A DNA stretch of 64,000 nucleotides from the sequence record NC_018855.1; one strand, written 5' to 3'. A program made the translations under genes and the position numbers. This document shows, piece by piece, positions 26,004-35,746 of this stretch. Numbering within the stretch: the stretch's first letter is position 1; each line of letters opens with the position of its first letter. The notes beneath the pieces are model-generated. The model did no database searches, was not told the origin of the DNA, and saw nothing but the letters and a program-made list of their open reading frames with translations. This stretch comes from Escherichia phage HX01.

Positions 26004-26011
26004 TATAAATA
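26004..26011 (+). promoter_or_regulatory. T4-type late promoter (TATAAATA) for gene 4
   Basis: TATAAATA 27 nt upstream of gp4 ATG, followed by AGGAGG. Confidence 0.6.
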
Positions 26012-26018
26012 ATAATAC

Positions 26019-26026
26019 TATTTATA
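26019..26026 (-). promoter_or_regulatory. T4-type late promoter (TATAAATA) for gene 53
   Basis: Minus-strand TATAAATA about 40 nt upstream of gp53 start; divergent from gene 4 promoter. Confidence 0.55.
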
Positions 26027-26037
26027 AGGAGGACAAC

Positions 26038-26487
26038 ATGGCCTACTCTGGTAAATGGGTCCCAAAAAATTTAAAAAAATACCGTGGAGACCATACCAAA
26101 ATAACGTATCGTTCAAACTGGGAAAAATTCTTTTTCGAATGGTTGGATAAAAATCCAGAAATTATTGCATGGGGTAGTGAAACAGCAGTAATTCCATATT
26201 TTTGTAATGCTGAAGGTAAGAAACGTCGATACTATATGGACATATGGATGAAAGATGCATCAGGTCAAGAGTTTTTTGTAGAAATAAAACCAAAGAAAGA
26301 AACTCAACCACCTATTAAGCCTGCAAATCTTACGACTGCAGCAAAGAAACGTTATATGAACGAGATCTACGTGTGGTCTGTGAACTGTGATAAATGGAAA
26401 GCGGCGTCAGCATTAGCGGCTAAAAGAAATATTAAATTCAGAATTCTCACAGAAGACGGTTTACGTCGTTTAGGATATAAGGGATGA
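26038..26487 (+). CDS. 4: Head completion protein gp4
   Basis: MAYSGKWVPKNLKKYRG... 149 aa with AGGAGGA RBS; matches T4 gp4 by recall; ORF-track start 25894 is an upstream extension. Confidence 0.8.
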   Translation: MAYSGKWVPKNLKKYRGDHTKITYRSNWEKFFFEWLDKNPEIIAWGSETAVIPYFCNAEGKKRRYYMDIWMKDASGQEFFVEIKPKKETQPPIKPANLTTAAKKRYMNEIYVWSVNCDKWKAASALAAKRNIKFRILTEDGLRRLGYKG

Positions 26488-26488
26488 T

Positions 26489-27139
26489 ATGTATACTGTA
26501 TATAAAATAACTAACATCGTAAATAATAAAATTTATATAGGTGTTCATAAAACTAATAACCCGGATGATTCTTATAAAGGAACAGGTAAAATTATCTTAA
26601 AAGCCCATGCTAAATACGGATTAGATAATTTTGTAAAAGAAGTATTATATGTGTATGATACCGGTGACGAATTACTAAATGAAGAAATGGCTTTCCAAAA
26701 GGAAGCAGAATTAGTTGATCAATCTTTTGTGGATAGAGAAGATACATATAATATAGACCTAGGAGGAAAGGGAGGACGAGGCCGTTCTATTGATGTGCGA
26801 AAAAGAATAGGCGATTCATCCAGAGGTAGAAAATTAGGTCCTATTTCCGAAGAATCTAAAAAGAAAATGAGTTTAGCTAAGAAGGGTAAGAAATTATCCG
26901 AAGAGCATAAAGCTAAAATAGGTAAAGCAGGCCGAGGCAGGATAATGCCTAAAGAGATTAGAGACAAAATAAAAAATACTCTTACAGGACGAAATAGAAC
27001 TCCTGAAGAAAAGGAAAACATGAGATTAGGATACTTAAATACTCCTAATAAGATATGCCAATACTGCGGTATAGAATGTAAACCTGCGCCTTATAAACGT
27101 TGGCATGGTGATAATTGTAAAATGAGGAAAGTTGAATGA
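26489..27139 (+). mobile_element. GIY-YIG homing endonuclease (Seg-like)
   Basis: N-terminal GIY-YIG module (VYKITNIVNNKIYIGVH), NUMOD3-like lysine-rich repeats, C-terminal Cys/His cluster; inserted between genes 4 and 2. Confidence 0.8.
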
Positions 27140-27957
27140 GCATATTCCAAATTATATCTGAAGGCGTACAAGCCCCTAAGATTGCTCAGTCTATGAATGA
27201 AAGAAAATGGATTGAGATAGGATTAGAATACAAGAAAGCTAAAGAGAAAGGAATCACTGCAAAAGCATTTGCAGAATCAAAAGGAATAAAATACTCGTCG
27301 TTTACATCTGCAATGTCTAGATATGCATCATCTATTAAGACTGCACAGAAAATTGAAACGCTTGAATCTAAACCTAAAAATAAACTCAATAAGCAAGAAC
27401 GTCAACTTCTGATGATAAACTCGTTTCGCAGTTCAATACGAGAAAAGATTAGAAATGAAGGCGCAGCAGTAAACAACAAATCATCTAAGTGGTTTGTTGA
27501 AACAATTAAGAAAAGTGTAAAAGGTCATAAAGTAGTCAAGCCTACGCCAGGCAAAATTTATACTTACGTTTATGATGCTAAACATAAAGATACTCTGCCA
27601 TACTGGGACCAATATCCTTTGATTATTTATTTAGGATTAGGTAAACATAATTTGATGTATGGGTTAAACTTGCACTATATCCCACCTAAAGCACGTCAAC
27701 AGTTTCTTGAAGAATTGCTGAAGCAATATGCTAGCACAACTACTATTACTAATAACACAAAGTTGAAGATAGACTGGAGCAAGGTGAAAGGATTTCAAGG
27801 TGCTGACAAAATGATTAAAGCATACCTGCCAGGCCACATTAGAGGAACAATAACAGAAATAGCTCCTAAAGACTGGGCTAACATAATCATGTTACCTACT
27901 CAGCAGTTTATGTCAAAAGGAAAACGTTTCTCTGCGAATACTGTTTGGAAATCTTAA
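27136..27957 (+). CDS. 2: DNA end-protector protein gp2 (by size and synteny)
   Basis: 273 aa (T4 gp2 274 aa) between gene 4 region and gene 3. Confidence 0.6.
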   Translation: MSIFQIISEGVQAPKIAQSMNERKWIEIGLEYKKAKEKGITAKAFAESKGIKYSSFTSAMSRYASSIKTAQKIETLESKPKNKLNKQERQLLMINSFRSSIREKIRNEGAAVNNKSSKWFVETIKKSVKGHKVVKPTPGKIYTYVYDAKHKDTLPYWDQYPLIIYLGLGKHNLMYGLNLHYIPPKARQQFLEELLKQYASTTTITNNTKLKIDWSKVKGFQGADKMIKAYLPGHIRGTITEIAPKDWANIIMLPTQQFMSKGKRFSANTVWKS

Positions 27958-28059
27958 TTCTATTCTCTTCCGTTCATCTGATATTCTGCTGAACCGGATT
28001 AATGGAAAAGACCTAAAACCATTATACTGCATTTTTATTAAAGCGTTTTTGAGGTGCTT

Positions 28060-28644
28060 ATGACTCGTCCAGCGAGACAGATTTTTAACCAAACAAATAT
28101 AACAAACTTTGTTGTGGATATCCCAGATAGTACACGAACTTCAGGTTTTGTGCTCAATGCCCAAACGGCTCCATTGCCAGGTGTGAGAATTCCTGTTGTT
28201 GAAACTGTGACAGGCACAATGGGGCTAGGACGTGCAATGCGTGCAGGCACCACATTTGAATATGACCCTTTTATTGTACGATTTATAGTTGATGAAGACA
28301 TGACGTCCTGGATGAACATGTATAAATGGATGCTCAGCACTAATAACTATATAACCGGCCATAATACGGCCCACTCTGATGGTCCTGAGTTTGTTACTTT
28401 GCACATTTTAAACAACAATAAGACCGAAGTAGTTTTGACGGCAAATTTCTATAAACCATGGATTTCCGATTTGAGTGAAATTGAATTTAGTTACACTGAA
28501 GACTCTGACCCTGCCGTTACTTGCGTAGCAACTATTCATTACGCGTATATGACGATAGAAAAAGATGGCGAAGTCATTGTATCTCAACAACCACGTCAAG
28601 CGGTCGAATCTAAATCCATTTCTAGACACCCTTCCTTGCGTTAA
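28060..28644 (+). CDS. 3: Tail completion / sheath stabiliser gp3 (by synteny)
   Basis: 194 aa between gene 2 and gene 1; ATG 28060 preceded by GAGG. Confidence 0.55.
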   Translation: MTRPARQIFNQTNITNFVVDIPDSTRTSGFVLNAQTAPLPGVRIPVVETVTGTMGLGRAMRAGTTFEYDPFIVRFIVDEDMTSWMNMYKWMLSTNNYITGHNTAHSDGPEFVTLHILNNNKTEVVLTANFYKPWISDLSEIEFSYTEDSDPAVTCVATIHYAYMTIEKDGEVIVSQQPRQAVESKSISRHPSLR

Positions 28645-28697
28645 TCGCTTCTAGCTCCGTATGTTATAATCACTCATAAATTATATGAGGAAAACCT

Positions 28698-29432
28698 ATG
28701 GAGCTAATCTTTTTAAGTGGCATCAAACGTAGTGGTAAAGACACTACTGCTGATTACATCAATTCAAACTTTAAATCCGTAAAATACCAATTGGCATATC
28801 CGATTAAAGACGCTCTAGCAATAGCCTGGGGACGTAGGCATGCTGAAAACCCTGATGTATTCACAGAGTTGAAATACGAATACTTTGAAGGCATTGGATA
28901 CGACCGTGAAACACCATTAAATCTCAATAAGTTGGATGTTATTGAATTATTGGAAGAAGCGCTAATTTATTTGCAAAGTCAATATTTACCAATTAATAAT
29001 GTTAAAGTATTATCATCGTTAGAAGGTGGATATTCGTATCTAGATATTAAACCATATGAAGCCCTGCGTGAAGCTATAAATAATATCAACGACACATGGT
29101 CAATCCGCCGTCTTATGCAAGCCCTCGGTACGGATGTTGTCGTTAATTTATTTGACCGTATGTATTGGGTTAAACTTTTTGCATTAAACTATATGGATTA
29201 TATTGGAAGTGATTTCGATTACTATGTCGTAACCGATACACGTCAAGTCCATGAAATGGAAACCGCTAGAGCGATGGGTGCTACAGTTATTCATGTGGTT
29301 CGCTCTGGTACGGAATCCACCGATAAACATATTACAGAAGCTGGGTTGCCTATTGAAGAAGGCGATTTAGTTATTACAAACGACGGCTCTTTAGAAGAGC
29401 TTTATTCTAAAATTGAAACAATCTTAAGGTAA
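28698..29432 (+). CDS. 1: dNMP kinase gp1
   Basis: MELIFLSGIKRSGKDTTADYI... P-loop; near-identical to T4 gp1 over its length by recall. Confidence 0.9.
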   Translation: MELIFLSGIKRSGKDTTADYINSNFKSVKYQLAYPIKDALAIAWGRRHAENPDVFTELKYEYFEGIGYDRETPLNLNKLDVIELLEEALIYLQSQYLPINNVKVLSSLEGGYSYLDIKPYEALREAINNINDTWSIRRLMQALGTDVVVNLFDRMYWVKLFALNYMDYIGSDFDYYVVTDTRQVHEMETARAMGATVIHVVRSGTESTDKHITEAGLPIEEGDLVITNDGSLEELYSKIETILR

Positions 29433-29436
29433 TAAA

Positions 29437-30122
<686 letters not shown>

Positions 30123-30135
30123 TTTTCACAAAACA

Positions 30136-30166
30136 GTTTACATAAGGATGATGGTGTGTTACTATC
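30136..30166 (+). promoter_or_regulatory. T4-type early promoter with stem-loop upstream of ipI
   Basis: GTTTAC -35, TACTAT -10, flanked by inverted repeat AGGATGAT/ATCATCCT. Confidence 0.55.
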
Positions 30167-30199
30167 ATCCTATCAAATAAACAACCTCAAGGAAATAAA

Positions 30200-30487
30200 A
30201 TGAAAACCTATAAAGAATTTATATCACCTGTTGCTAACGTTTCTACTCTGACTGAAGCAACCCTTACTTCCGAAGTTATTAAAGCAAACAAAGGCCGTGA
30301 GGGTAAACCAATGATTAGTCTAGCTGACGGCGAAGAAGTAAAAGGTACTGTTTACTTAGGAGACGGGTGGTCCGCTAAGAAAGATGGCGCTACTATTGTT
30401 ATCTCTCCGGCTGAAGAGACTGCACTGTTTAAAGCTAAGCACATTTCTGTAGCTCAGCTTAAAATTATTGCAAAAACTCTTCTGTAA
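30200..30487 (+). CDS. ipI: Internal protein I-like (capsid-targeted)
   Basis: 95 aa, N-terminal MKTYKEFI capsid-targeting-like sequence; position after 57B. Confidence 0.7.
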   Translation: MKTYKEFISPVANVSTLTEATLTSEVIKANKGREGKPMISLADGEEVKGTVYLGDGWSAKKDGATIVISPAEETALFKAKHISVAQLKIIAKTLL

Positions 30488-30490
30488 GTA

Positions 30491-30528
30491 GTTTACACGC
30501 TGATAGGACTATGTTATAGTAGTCCTAT
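30491..30528 (+). promoter_or_regulatory. T4-type early promoter embedded in stem-loop (PeSL-like)
   Basis: GTTTAC, 18-nt spacer, TATAGT; perfect inverted repeat GATAGGACTA...TAGTCCTATC around the -10. Confidence 0.55.
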
Positions 30529-30558
30529 CAAAACAAAATGAGTAAATGGAGAAATAAA

Positions 30559-30744
30559 ATGAAACGCGCTGAACTGATTCGTAATGTTGCTGTAGTAATT
30601 GCTTCAATGGCTTTTAGTTTTTCGATGTTTGTAGGATTCATTTGTGGACTACTGACAACAACAGAAAATTCTATCTCATTGGTAGTAGCATTTCTAATCG
30701 GCTTAATCGCTATCGTTATGGATAAAATTGCAAAAGGTGAGTAA
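30559..30744 (+). CDS. Small membrane protein (2 predicted TM helices)
   Basis: 61 aa, GGAG RBS 8 nt upstream of ATG 30559; hydrophobic segments. Confidence 0.5.
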   Translation: MKRAELIRNVAVVIASMAFSFSMFVGFICGLLTTTENSISLVVAFLIGLIAIVMDKIAKGE

Positions 30745-30745
30745 A

Positions 30746-31108
30746 ATGAAATATCACGTATATGCGGATTTTGAAGCAAATCCTTCTAAAGACCCTGATT
30801 GTCGTTTGATACGCAGACCATTTGATTCAGCAGCTCAAGCATGGGCTTGGATTAAATCTAAATCGCCTGGTTATATGTTCTTTGAAGTAGTCGATGACAA
30901 TGGTACACTGCATCCGGCCCCTACAGAAACTATTAATTTCCTTCTGTTTGCCGGTTACGACTGTTATCCTCTTGGCGGTATTGACGACCTTGTTGCTACA
31001 GGAAAAACTGTTGAGGCTCTTCGCGAAATTTGTAAAAACGCAGAAGAAAATTTTGACTGGTATCATATTGTTGATGCTCATACCTTTGAAATGGTGGAAC
31101 ATTCATGA
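30746..31108 (+). CDS. Hypothetical protein
   Basis: 120 aa, RBS AAAGGTGAG; tightly packed with neighbours. Confidence 0.5.
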   Translation: MKYHVYADFEANPSKDPDCRLIRRPFDSAAQAWAWIKSKSPGYMFFEVVDDNGTLHPAPTETINFLLFAGYDCYPLGGIDDLVATGKTVEALREICKNAEENFDWYHIVDAHTFEMVEHS

Positions 31109-31395
31109 TTCTTTATGCTAAGGTAAAATCCGTTGAGAATGGATATGAAAGCGACCGAGCTGCAGCTAAAGCACTAGTCGATTACTATGGTATTTTGACC
31201 CACTTTGAAGTTGAAAAGGTTTACGTCGACCGTTCATCTTCACAGGTTAAATTACTTTGGGAAGACCGCAAATTTAATAGTGTGAACTTTGATTTCTTTA
31301 TTGAAACAGAAAAAGGTCCTCTTGAATATGATATTTTCAAGAATCCTTTGAAATTATGTTGCATTGAATATAATTACATTAATATGGTACGGTGA
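31105..31395 (+). CDS. Hypothetical protein
   Basis: 96 aa, ATGA start/stop overlap with upstream gene. Confidence 0.5.
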   Translation: MILYAKVKSVENGYESDRAAAKALVDYYGILTHFEVEKVYVDRSSSQVKLLWEDRKFNSVNFDFFIETEKGPLEYDIFKNPLKLCCIEYNYINMVR

Positions 31396-31399
31396 GTAA

Positions 31400-31915
31400 A
31401 TGAATATTTGTTTAGGCAGTACAATTCCTAAAGGTTACGTAATTGATGTCACTACTTGGGAAAATGACGGCGACAACTATAAAACCAAAACATTATTTGG
31501 TGTAGAAGAGCATGAGCTCCAACAGTTTAAATATCTCTTGAAGAAATTTAAGAGTCGTCATTCTAGCACTAAAGCTGAACGTTACTGTGGTAATACACCA
31601 TTCAGTGATTGCTCGCTTTTAATCTATGAATACTTGGTTGAAGGACTGTTCTCAGACCAGCTTTATCCAGAATTCATTAAAAAGGTCTTTGATATTGAAG
31701 TCGACCTTGGTAATAAATCTGAAGAAGACGAATCGCGTGTATTCGACCTGTTCTTTGTGAAAGGCGATGAGATATCCCAAGGCCTTATTGATATTCTTGG
31801 CTATGCTTCTGAATACTACGACTATGATTTCTTGCGTGTAGTTGAACGTGTTGAATTCGCTTATATTGAAGAAGAAATTGTTTTGCCGACTGTTAAAATG
31901 ATTGATTTGCTTTAA
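31400..31915 (+). CDS. Hypothetical protein
   Basis: 171 aa ORF. Confidence 0.5.
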   Translation: MNICLGSTIPKGYVIDVTTWENDGDNYKTKTLFGVEEHELQQFKYLLKKFKSRHSSTKAERYCGNTPFSDCSLLIYEYLVEGLFSDQLYPEFIKKVFDIEVDLGNKSEEDESRVFDLFFVKGDEISQGLIDILGYASEYYDYDFLRVVERVEFAYIEEEIVLPTVKMIDLL

Positions 31916-31994
31916 GAATTATGTGTTATTATTAATTCATACCCTCTATTACCAAAGGTGCTCTAAAGTGCCTTTCATAATAGAAAGTTATTTA

Positions 31995-32069
31995 GGCCCT
32001 GTAGCTCAATGGGAGAGCTGTCAGCTCATAACTGATAGGTAGCTGGATCGAAACCAGCCAGGGTCACCA
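31995..32069 (+). tRNA. tRNA with CAU anticodon (Met or Ile2-type)
   Basis: Hand-folded cloverleaf: acceptor GGCCCTG/CAGGGTC, U8A9, D-arm GCTC/GAGC, anticodon loop CTCATAA, T-arm GCTGG/CCAGC, encoded CCA. Confidence 0.8.
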
Positions 32070-32072
32070 ATC

Positions 32073-32149
<77 letters not shown>

Positions 32150-32167
32150 ACTTTAAGTGAGGAAAAT

Positions 32168-32512
32168 ATGAAAGGCAATATTTATCTGGTAGTTCATGAC
32201 TTAACGTTTTATTTTAACGAACGTGAAACAGTTATTTCCGATAGGTTAATTAATTCGCTGTATCAGCATGCTGATTATGTCTATTTTCAAAATGAATTCG
32301 GACATTGGAAGTTTCTTAAAAACCGTTCCGGGTTAACTAGTTTTGAATACTTTGACCGTAAAGACCTTTTAAACGAAATTCCATTACAACATCGGTTCCA
32401 GAAACGCGAATCACTATACTATTGTCGTCATATACCAAATGCTGAATGTGTTGATGAAGTAATTAATCTATGGCGTAGACGTAGAGAACAAATTGATGAT
32501 ATGTCAAAATAA
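32168..32512 (+). CDS. Hypothetical protein
   Basis: 114 aa from ATG 32168 with GAGGAAAA RBS just after tRNA-Arg. Confidence 0.5.
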   Translation: MKGNIYLVVHDLTFYFNERETVISDRLINSLYQHADYVYFQNEFGHWKFLKNRSGLTSFEYFDRKDLLNEIPLQHRFQKRESLYYCRHIPNAECVDEVINLWRRRREQIDDMSK

Positions 32513-32610
32513 GAAGCCGGGTCGCTACCGGCAAGTCGTCGGACTGATGTTCCCTGAGTAAGGACTGGTCTTAATAAATCTTTATGATTTGTTAATATCC
32601 CCTTACATCA

Positions 32611-32772
32611 CAGCAGAAACGGCGCAAAGAATTATCGATTCGAGGAAATATCTTTGCCGTAAGCCGAGTAGCGTTTTTGACGGAACGTTCGGATATGGTC
32701 GAGATATGGCCTTTTAAAAATATTGAGTAGCGTCAACTGCTTAATAACCGGGTTCGAATCCCGGCGTTTCGT
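32611..32772 (+). ncRNA. Candidate tRNA-like stable RNA (T4 rnaC/rnaD analogue)
   Basis: Non-coding stretch with canonical T-arm CCGGG-TTCGAAT-CCCGG and possible acceptor pairing GAAACG/CGTTTC; no ORF; ends before a terminator. Confidence 0.3.
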
Positions 32773-32814
32773 ACAAACACTTGCCTTAGTAGGTGGAAAC
32801 CCCGACAAGGTATA

Positions 32815-32843
32815 TAGCCCCTTCCGAAAGGTTGGGGCTTTTT
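32815..32843 (+). terminator. Rho-independent terminator
   Basis: AGCCCC...GGGGCT hairpin followed by TTTTTT. Confidence 0.7.
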
Positions 32844-32844
32844 T

Positions 32845-32852
32845 GTATAAAT
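32845..32852 (+). promoter_or_regulatory. T4-type late promoter (TATAAATA)
   Basis: TATAAATA directly after the terminator, 37 nt upstream of the 32889 ORF. Confidence 0.55.
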
Positions 32853-32888
32853 ATAGTAAACAATAAACCTACTTTCTAAGGACCAGCA

Positions 32889-33515
32889 ATGTATACTTTT
32901 AATGAATTTTTAGCCGAAACGGAAGTAATCACCGAAGCCGGTGTACGTATGACAAAAGAGAAATGGCAAGCTGCTTACGATGCTATTTCTGGTACAAAAA
33001 CTAGTACAGAGTTTTTCAAAAACGTTCAAGCCATGTATGGTATCGACACTTCCAGCCAAAAAGAATATTACAGAGCTTCTAAAGCATTCAAAGATATTGT
33101 TAGTGGCGGTGTTTCTGCTAAATCGGGTTCGCCTAAAGTAAAACCTGCTCCTACCGTTCCTAAACCTGCGACCCCTAAAGCAATAGCAAAACCTGAGCCT
33201 AAGCCGGAAGTAAAAGCAACTCCTAAAGCTCCTGCTCTTAAGTTTGATACTTCTAGCCTGGAAAAAAAATATAAACAACTATCTTCGCTTGTTCGTGATA
33301 TTGAATCCGATACATCTTCACTCGTTCGTGAATTCAACAGTCTTCGTAATGGCCAACATATCAACAACCTTGATACCCCAGACCTTTATCGTCTTTATTT
33401 GACTATCGAAGGTTTGAAGTATACTCAACCACTTCACGATGCGATTAAAGAAAAACTTCGTCAGGCAGGTCGTTTGGCTGCTGACGCTGCTCAGTATGCA
33501 AAAACTCGTAAGTAA
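32889..33515 (+). CDS. Internal-protein-like capsid-targeted protein (novel IP candidate)
   Basis: 208 aa; N-terminal MYTFNEFLAE resembles the IP capsid-targeting sequence with a gp21-type LxE cleavage site; Lys/Pro/Ala-rich repeats; late promoter upstream. Confidence 0.6.
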   Translation: MYTFNEFLAETEVITEAGVRMTKEKWQAAYDAISGTKTSTEFFKNVQAMYGIDTSSQKEYYRASKAFKDIVSGGVSAKSGSPKVKPAPTVPKPATPKAIAKPEPKPEVKATPKAPALKFDTSSLEKKYKQLSSLVRDIESDTSSLVREFNSLRNGQHINNLDTPDLYRLYLTIEGLKYTQPLHDAIKEKLRQAGRLAADAAQYAKTRK

Positions 33516-33567
33516 AGAATGGGGACTTCGGTCCCCATTAGGGGGTCTATAACTTACTGAAAAAGTT

Positions 33568-33596
33568 GTTTACTTCTTCCCTAGATGTGTTACTAT
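33568..33596 (+). promoter_or_regulatory. T4-type early promoter
   Basis: GTTTAC, 17-nt spacer, TACTAT. Confidence 0.5.
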
Positions 33597-33624
33597 AGAC
33601 CTATAAAAACATGAGGAAAATGTT

Positions 33625-33930
33625 ATGAGTCTTTATACCGAACTGAATAAAAAATCTGAAGAATCTGCTGAAACTATTTTTAAAAACGTGCAAAAGCGTA
33701 TTTTAGAAAAGATGTATAACACTGCAGCTAAAGGTGAAAAATCTTGCCGGTTTCCGATGAGGTGTTCTTCAGATTTATGCGCAAATACTATTGAATGGCT
33801 GGAAAGTGAAGGTCTTACGGTAGAGAAAAACCCGGCGACTTCTATTGACAGTGAATCATATATTAGTATTTCTTGGGATAAACCACGTATGAATGAAGGA
33901 CACTACAAGTTGTTAAGTTGGAAAAAATAA
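33625..33930 (+). CDS. Hypothetical protein
   Basis: 101 aa, RBS GAGGAAAA. Confidence 0.5.
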   Translation: MSLYTELNKKSEESAETIFKNVQKRILEKMYNTAAKGEKSCRFPMRCSSDLCANTIEWLESEGLTVEKNPATSIDSESYISISWDKPRMNEGHYKLLSWKK

Positions 33931-33997
33931 AATAATGATGTACAAGCACCAAGGATGGTGATACTATAGACTTATCAACTACAGTGGAGTAAACAAA

Positions 33998-34162
33998 ATG
34001 ACTACTTTAATTATTTGGTTTGACGAAAATGAAGAAACATACTGTGTGAACATTGGCGAAAGCCCAATGCCTGAATTTGAATCCTCAGATAAAAACTCTG
34101 TTGTATCTTGGGCTGAAGGTTATAAAGCCGCTAAAGGTGACGTTGAAATAATTTACATCTAA
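33998..34162 (+). CDS. Small hypothetical protein (54 aa, not in ORF track)
   Basis: ATG 33998 after GGAG RBS and an early-promoter-like element; open to TAA at 34160. Confidence 0.4.
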   Translation: MTTLIIWFDENEETYCVNIGESPMPEFESSDKNSVVSWAEGYKAAKGDVEIIYI

Positions 34163-34208
34163 GTAAGTTTATGTTATAGTAATCACATCAAATCAAGAGG
34201 AAAACAAA

Positions 34209-34436
34209 ATGGCTAAAGTTAGTATTGATGTCGTTGATTATGAATACACCGAAGAAGTTATTCGCAACCGTCACCCTGAAGTTCGTATCGATTCAGTCCA
34301 AGATTCCAAGTTCTGGACAACTGAGCTTAATCTAAGTGGTCCTTATGAAGCTGTTAAGAAGTTCATGGTTGAAGAATACTGTGAAGGCATGCACCCAGAA
34401 GACGCCGAGTTTTATGTCAATTTGATTAAAAAATAA
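34209..34436 (+). CDS. Hypothetical protein
   Basis: 75 aa, RBS AGAGGAAAA; early promoter ATTTAC/TATAGT upstream. Confidence 0.5.
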   Translation: MAKVSIDVVDYEYTEEVIRNRHPEVRIDSVQDSKFWTTELNLSGPYEAVKKFMVEEYCEGMHPEDAEFYVNLIKK

Positions 34437-34471
34437 TTTACAAACTCTTGAGAGCAGAGTATAATGCTCTC
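34437..34471 (+). promoter_or_regulatory. T4-type early promoter in stem-loop; copy A of a repeated 45-bp module
   Basis: TTTACA, 17-nt spacer, TATAAT with -10 in loop of GAGAGCA/TGCTCTC stem; near-identical copy at 63914-63965. Confidence 0.6.
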
Positions 34472-34506
34472 GTTGGATAACAAACCACCAATTGAAAGGT
34501 AATAAT

Positions 34507-35100
34507 ATGAACACACTGAAGAAACTTGTTGAATTCATCCGCACTAAACTGGGTACTGCTATGGCTAAAAATCTGACTGTAGAAGAACAGTATAACGCAG
34601 CTGCAGATAAGTTGATTACCCAAATCAAAGAACTAAAAACGGCTTCTGTTAAATCTATTAATGAAGAAAAACGTATTCGCGAACTTGTTAATGAAAAGAA
34701 CAAGCAAGCCGCTTCTAAGGAACGTGAAATTCGTAAGCTCCTGGCTGAAGGACAAGATGTTACCATGCATGCTAAGCTTGGTCTTCTGTATCGTCGAACG
34801 GCTGAACAACTTAATACAAAAGCTGACGGGTATGCCGCTATGCGAATTGAAATTGCTCGTAAGGTGGTTGAACTTGACGATGCTCGTCAGAACCTGGCAA
34901 TCAAACTCGAATACATTCGTGAAACTCGAGCAGCCAATGCCCTTGGTATCTCTACGGCTGATGATGTAATTGAAATCGCTGCACTAACTAAGGTTGATAT
35001 TGAAGACACTCTGACTCGTGTTGAAACGTTCAATGGCACTCCAACCGGTGTCGAAACCACTTCTGCTGATGTACAAGAATATATTAACTCTTTGAAATAA
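34507..35100 (+). CDS. Coiled-coil protein, function unknown
   Basis: 198 aa from ATG 34507 (RBS AAAGGTAA); heptad-rich helical sequence. Confidence 0.55.
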   Translation: MNTLKKLVEFIRTKLGTAMAKNLTVEEQYNAAADKLITQIKELKTASVKSINEEKRIRELVNEKNKQAASKEREIRKLLAEGQDVTMHAKLGLLYRRTAEQLNTKADGYAAMRIEIARKVVELDDARQNLAIKLEYIRETRAANALGISTADDVIEIAALTKVDIEDTLTRVETFNGTPTGVETTSADVQEYINSLK

Positions 35101-35108
35101 AATAATAC

Positions 35109-35130
35109 GGAGGACTCCGGTCCTCCTTTT
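35109..35130 (+). terminator. Rho-independent terminator
   Basis: GGAGGAC-TCCG-GTCCTCC hairpin followed by TTTT. Confidence 0.7.
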
Positions 35131-35149
35131 GGATAATAAAGGAGTTAAC

Positions 35150-35746
35150 ATGCGAAACCAAAATAATGATATTGACTCAATGTTCGAAGAGTTCCGAAAT
35201 AAGGTAAATCCACCTACGTCTTTAGTTGATTCATTACGATATGTTGCAACTGGACGTAAATGGTATTGGTCGTCTTCTTATGAGACAACTGAATATGCAA
35301 ATAACCGAAAATCTTTATTAGCCCCAGGTATTATGATTCATGATATCGGAGCTATTGCTAAACTAGTTGCAGACCATGATATTAGATTCACTGATTTCGT
35401 TGCTCCTACGTGGTCTGTTTGTTGTTTAAACACTGAATGGGACTATATCAGTGAACGTTCAGATGATTACATAGGCTTTAGAGACAAGCTTTTAAGGTCT
35501 AACATGTTTTATATTGATACAGAAGTTCTGGTCAATAATAAAAAATACTACTTCACTTTAATCGTCGATTCTGAAACTATGTATGAAGGCAAGCCTTTGC
35601 TTAAAAGAGTTGATGCTTTAAGTGCTATTGATGCGCTTTATGAAACCATGGTTGTTAGTCCTAATTTCACTAACAATTTAATCCTTGAGCAATTTATTAT
35701 GGAATGTAGAGAATATGTCAAAGCCAACCCTATACATGCCAAGTAA
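35150..35746 (+). CDS. Hypothetical protein with C-terminal EQFIMECR motif
   Basis: 198 aa from ATG 35150 (RBS AAAGGAG). Confidence 0.55.
   Translation: MRNQNNDIDSMFEEFRNKVNPPTSLVDSLRYVATGRKWYWSSSYETTEYANNRKSLLAPGIMIHDIGAIAKLVADHDIRFTDFVAPTWSVCCLNTEWDYISERSDDYIGFRDKLLRSNMFYIDTEVLVNNKKYYFTLIVDSETMYEGKPLLKRVDALSAIDALYETMVVSPNFTNNLILEQFIMECREYVKANPIHAK

Noticed and set aside
32910-33278. Minus-strand ORFs within the plus-strand early region (for example 32910-33278, 34332-34766, 51543-51899, 58081-58473)
   Set aside because: Antisense to better-supported plus-strand genes with promoters and RBSs; their products are low-complexity or hydrophobic read-through typical of shadow frames.
34507-35100. 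Calling the coiled-coil protein a PspA/IM30 homologue
   Set aside because: Only generic heptad periodicity is visible; no convincing motif match by eye, so it is left as a coiled-coil protein of unknown function.
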